A stretch of DNA of 10,044 nucleotides from Candidatus Aenigmatarchaeota archaeon (GTDB taxonomy: Archaea; Aenigmatarchaeota; Aenigmatarchaeia; GW2011-AR5; JAGGXF01), in contig JAOZPR010000003.1 of assembly GCA_029932645.1 (NCBI GenBank), positions 17,987 through 28,030 of the forward strand, read 5' to 3'. The translations under genes and the position numbers were made by a program. The notes under the pieces are model-generated. The model saw only the letters and a list, made by a program, of their open reading frames with translations, was not told the DNA's origin and did no database searches. Of the stretch, positions 7,066 to 10,044 are shown in pieces. How positions within the stretch are numbered: position 1 is the stretch's first letter; the number at the start of each line of letters is the position of its first letter.

Positions 7066-7425
7066 CTAGAAAAGATGATATGCTTTACCAATCCTGTGGC
7101 CTGGTATATATTTTATTCCTGTGTCGAACAACTCTTGTTTGCTCATTGGTTTTTTGTCTAGCTTCTTTAAATCGGTCTCCTTAACAACCCAGAAGTGGTC
7201 TATACCAGGGAGTGCGTTTGTTTTAAAAAAGGCCTTATATTCTTTTACTTTTTTTACGTCGATTTTTTCCCTATATTCTTCTAAATTTATTTCTTCTGTT
7301 AGTTCTCGGTTGAAAAAGAATTGAAAATATTTTGGCAACCCCTCTGCTTTAAGAGCAGCAACGAGTGCTTTGTTGTCTTCGACACCGGTCCAACCGTCTT
7401 TTTTTCGGCCAAAACCAAGACGCAT
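7066..7425 (-). CDS. Hypothetical protein (119 aa)
   Basis: SD GGTGA about 7 nt before ATG 7425; divergent from HMG-CoA synthase. No family recognised. Confidence 0.7.
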   Translation of the reverse strand: MRLGFGRKKDGWTGVEDNKALVAALKAEGLPKYFQFFFNRELTEEINLEEYREKIDVKKVKEYKAFFKTNALPGIDHFWVVKETDLKKLDKKPMSKQELFDTGIKYIPGHRIGKAYHLF

Positions 7426-7496
7426 ATTAATCACCAATTAAATATGCTCATGAAAATTATTAATCCGTGTCGTCGTAATGCAGGCGTACTTCGTTT

Positions 7497-7551
7497 TTCG
7501 ACGTTTGGCGTGTTCGACAATTTTTTATTCGACAGCGCAAAGGACTTAAAT
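7497..7551 (+). promoter_or_regulatory. Three TTCGAC boxes followed by a candidate BRE/TATA for the HMG-CoA synthase operon
   Basis: TTCGAC at 7497, 7513 and 7528, then GCAAAGG-A-CTTAAAT ending about 24 nt before ATG 7575 (leaderless spacing). Confidence 0.55.
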
Positions 7552-7574
7552 CCGCCTGCCGTAAGAAATAACTT

Positions 7575-8621
7575 ATGTTTGATATGGTTGGTATAGTTGG
7601 CTGGGGTGCCTACATTCCACGCTACAGGATAAAAACAGGGGAAATCGCACGCGTGTGGGGTAAGGACCCAGAAACTATTACAAAAGGCTTAGGAATTATT
7701 GAGAAATCCGTGCCTGCTTTGGACGAGGACACAGTAACCATATCAGTCGAAGCTGCTCGGAATGCGCTTGCACGTGCTGGTATAGACCCAAAAGACATAG
7801 GGTCTGTTTATGTGGGGTCAGAATCGCACCCATATGCTGTAAAGCCCTCTGGAACAATTGTTGCAGAGGCGTTGGGATGCGGCCCTGAACTGACCACAGC
7901 AGACCTTGAATTTGCCTGTAAAGCTGGCACAGCCGGCATGCAAATTATATTGGCACAGGTAAAGGCAGGTATGGTAAAATATGGTTTAGCTATCGGCGCA
8001 GACACATCCCAGGGAAGGCCGGGCGATGCACTAGAATATTCGGCTGCAGCAGGCGGCGCTGCATTTATAATCGGATCCAACCCTGCTGTGGTTATGGAAG
8101 AAACATATTCTTACACAACAGATACGCCAGATTTTTGGAGGCGCGAAGGACAGGACTACCCAAAACATGGTGCGCGCTTCACAGGCACGCCTGCATATTT
8201 CAAGCATGTCATAAATGCCACACACGGCCTCTTGGAAAAGGTGGGCCGAAGCATGGAAGAATATGATTATGTTGTTTTTCACATGCCCAATGCAAAATTT
8301 CCAATCAAAGTGATGAAACATTTTAAAATACCAAAAGAGAAATACCTACCCGGTCTTGTTGTAACCCGCGTTGGTAATTGCTATTCTGGTTCGTCGCCAC
8401 TCGGCTTAAGCGCGGTTCTAGATATCGCAAAACCAGGCCAAAAAATATTAATGACCTCGTTTGGGAGTGGGGCAGGTTCTGACTCTTTTTCATTTTTAGT
8501 AAAGGAAAGCATCTTGGAGAAGCAAGACAGGGCTCCAAAAACAGAAGAATATATCGAAAAGAATAAGCAGTATATTGATTACGGCACTTATGTGAAGATG
8601 AGAAAAAAGCTGAAAATATAA
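7575..8621 (+). CDS. mvaS: Hydroxymethylglutaryl-CoA synthase, archaeal type
   Basis: [11 protein letters not shown] (catalytic Glu), EFACKAGT (Cys), VFHMPN (His), [14 protein letters not shown] and SFGSGAGSD. Alternative start ATG 7584. Confidence 0.96.
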   Translation: MFDMVGIVGWGAYIPRYRIKTGEIARVWGKDPETITKGLGIIEKSVPALDEDTVTISVEAARNALARAGIDPKDIGSVYVGSESHPYAVKPSGTIVAEALGCGPELTTADLEFACKAGTAGMQIILAQVKAGMVKYGLAIGADTSQGRPGDALEYSAAAGGAAFIIGSNPAVVMEETYSYTTDTPDFWRREGQDYPKHGARFTGTPAYFKHVINATHGLLEKVGRSMEEYDYVVFHMPNAKFPIKVMKHFKIPKEKYLPGLVVTRVGNCYSGSSPLGLSAVLDIAKPGQKILMTSFGSGAGSDSFSFLVKESILEKQDRAPKTEEYIEKNKQYIDYGTYVKMRKKLKI

Positions 8622-8648
8622 CTGAAAAAAATTGAAAAAAACATAAAA

Positions 8649-8701
8649 ATAGCGTTGCGGGATAGCGTTATGGAATAGGTGTTGTGAAATAGTGTTGTGA
8701 A
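8649..8701. repeat. Four degenerate ~13-bp tandem repeats (ATAGYGTTRYGRR)
   Basis: ATAGCGTTGCGGG / ATAGCGTTATGGA / ATAGGTGTTGTGAA / ATAGTGTTGTGAA, starting at 8649, 8662, 8675 and 8689. Confidence 0.65.
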
Positions 8702-8705
8702 TATT

Positions 8706-9872
8706 ATGAGAGATGTTGCTGTTGTTGGTGTTGGTGAAACCGCATTTGGCGAGCACTGGGAAAAGTCTCTGAGAGACTTGTCAGTAGCTGCAGGTGTGGC
8801 AGCCATCAGAGACGCGGGTATAGAAGGCGCTGATATTGAAGCCATGTATATTGGTAATATGAGCGGCGGTCGGTTTGCAGGACAAGAACACCTTGCTGCT
8901 CTGGCCGCAGACCAGTCAGGGCTTGTCGGTATTCCATCAACCCGTGTTGAAGCTGCCTGCGCATCCGGAGGCCTCGCATTCAGGCAGGCGTGCCTGGCTG
9001 TTGCATCTGGTAGGTATGATATTGTTATAGCCGCAGGCGCCGAAAAAATGACAGACCTTCAGACAGTAGACGTAACAACAACGCTTATGGGAGCAGGAGA
9101 CCAAGAATGGGAAGGATGGCTTGGAATGTCTTTTCCTGGGCTTTACGCTCTAATGGCCAGAAGACACATGTATGAATACGGCACAACAAAAGAACAAATG
9201 GCGCTTTTCTCTGTTAATGGCCATAAAAATGCTGTGCTGAACCCAAATGCCCAGTTCCGGTTTGAAATCACAGTAGAAGATGTTTTGAAATCTGCGCTTG
9301 TTGCTGACCCGTTGCGGCTTTTAGACTGTTCTCCTATTACAGACGGCGCTGCTGCTGTTATAGTAGCCTCAAAAGACATTGCTAAAAAATTCAAAAATCC
9401 AATATGGCTTCTGGGGTCTGGGCAAGCAACAGATGCGCTGGCGTTACATGATAGAAAAAGCTTGACATCGCTCCGGGCCGCAAAAATTGCTGCTAAGCAG
9501 GCGTATAAACAGTCCAGAACCGTACCAGAAAAAATAGACGTTGCAGAGGTCCATGACTGCTTTTCTATAAACGGTTTGATTGCTCTGGAAGATTTGGGCT
9601 TTTGTGGGGTTGGAAAATCTGGAAAATTTATAGAAGAGGGTAATATAAAGAGGGGGGCCGCGGTTTCTATAAACACAAGCGGCGGCCTGAAGGCAAAAGG
9701 ACATCCTGTCGGCGCAACTGGGGTGTCGCAGATCGTTGAAATAGTGAAGCAGTTGCGTGGGGATGCAAAAAAAAGGCAGGTGCACGCAGACTTTGGGTTG
9801 ACGCATAATGTTGGCGGTTCTGGAGCAACTGTTGTTGTGAATATTTTAGGCAAGGACCCAATAGAGCGGTAG
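8706..9872 (+). CDS. Acetyl-CoA acetyltransferase (archaeal acetoacetyl-CoA thiolase)
   Basis: RVEAACASGG (catalytic Cys), GAEKM, EVHDCF, GHPVGATG and HNVGG; lies between HMG-CoA synthase and DUF35. Confidence 0.95.
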   Translation: MRDVAVVGVGETAFGEHWEKSLRDLSVAAGVAAIRDAGIEGADIEAMYIGNMSGGRFAGQEHLAALAADQSGLVGIPSTRVEAACASGGLAFRQACLAVASGRYDIVIAAGAEKMTDLQTVDVTTTLMGAGDQEWEGWLGMSFPGLYALMARRHMYEYGTTKEQMALFSVNGHKNAVLNPNAQFRFEITVEDVLKSALVADPLRLLDCSPITDGAAAVIVASKDIAKKFKNPIWLLGSGQATDALALHDRKSLTSLRAAKIAAKQAYKQSRTVPEKIDVAEVHDCFSINGLIALEDLGFCGVGKSGKFIEEGNIKRGAAVSINTSGGLKAKGHPVGATGVSQIVEIVKQLRGDAKKRQVHADFGLTHNVGGSGATVVVNILGKDPIER

Positions 9873-9880
9873 TGGTGAAA

Positions 9881-10044
9881 ATGACTCATAGATCATCTGT
9901 TGCATTATACTGGCGATTGTTTGAATCTAGATATAACTTAGTCGGTAACAGGTGCCTTGTTTGCGGAGAATGTTTTTATCCAGCAAGAATCGTCTGCCCG
10001 AACTGCAGAAGAAAGGGCGTCTTAAAAAAAGAAGTGTTGTCTGG
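9881..10044 (+). CDS. DUF35 Zn-ribbon/OB-fold scaffold protein (5' part, truncated by the window end)
   Basis: Manual translation MTHRSSVALYWRLFESRYNLVGNRCLVCGECFYPARIVCPNCRRKG..., with CxxC-x10-CxxC. SD GGTGA at 9874-9878. Confidence 0.92.
   Translation, partial: MTHRSSVALYWRLFESRYNLVGNRCLVCGECFYPARIVCPNCRRKGVLKKEVLS

Noticed and set aside
9143..9889. 248-aa minus-strand ORF
   Set aside because: In-register antisense shadow of the thiolase, with no independent coding evidence.

Overview
An archaeal chromosomal window, judged from the archaeal DnaG, Hjc, archaeal HMG-CoA synthase/thiolase/DUF35 genes and the GGTGA SD motifs. The compact, A-rich style fits a DPANN-like lineage, but that is inference only. 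Gene order: a ~30-aa basic ORF resembling bS22/mS38 (COX24/AURKAIP1), missing from the ORF track; an M24B Xaa-Pro peptidase; archaeal dnaG (-); DUF167 (-); a small Toprim protein (-); a hypothetical (-); a 39-aa membrane ORF (-, also missing from the track); a CBS-pair/Zn-ribbon protein (-); hjc (+); an XRE-HTH regulator (+); a SpoIIM-like membrane protein (-); a hypothetical (-); and the HMG-CoA synthase-thiolase-DUF35 operon (+, truncated at the window edge). Non-coding signals worth testing: an H/ACA-like K-turn hairpin with its own TATA box (3387-3455), a structured dnaG leader (2469-2593), and TTCGAC boxes shared by the regulator promoter and the mevalonate-operon promoter. No mobile element, CRISPR array, tRNA or rRNA was seen.
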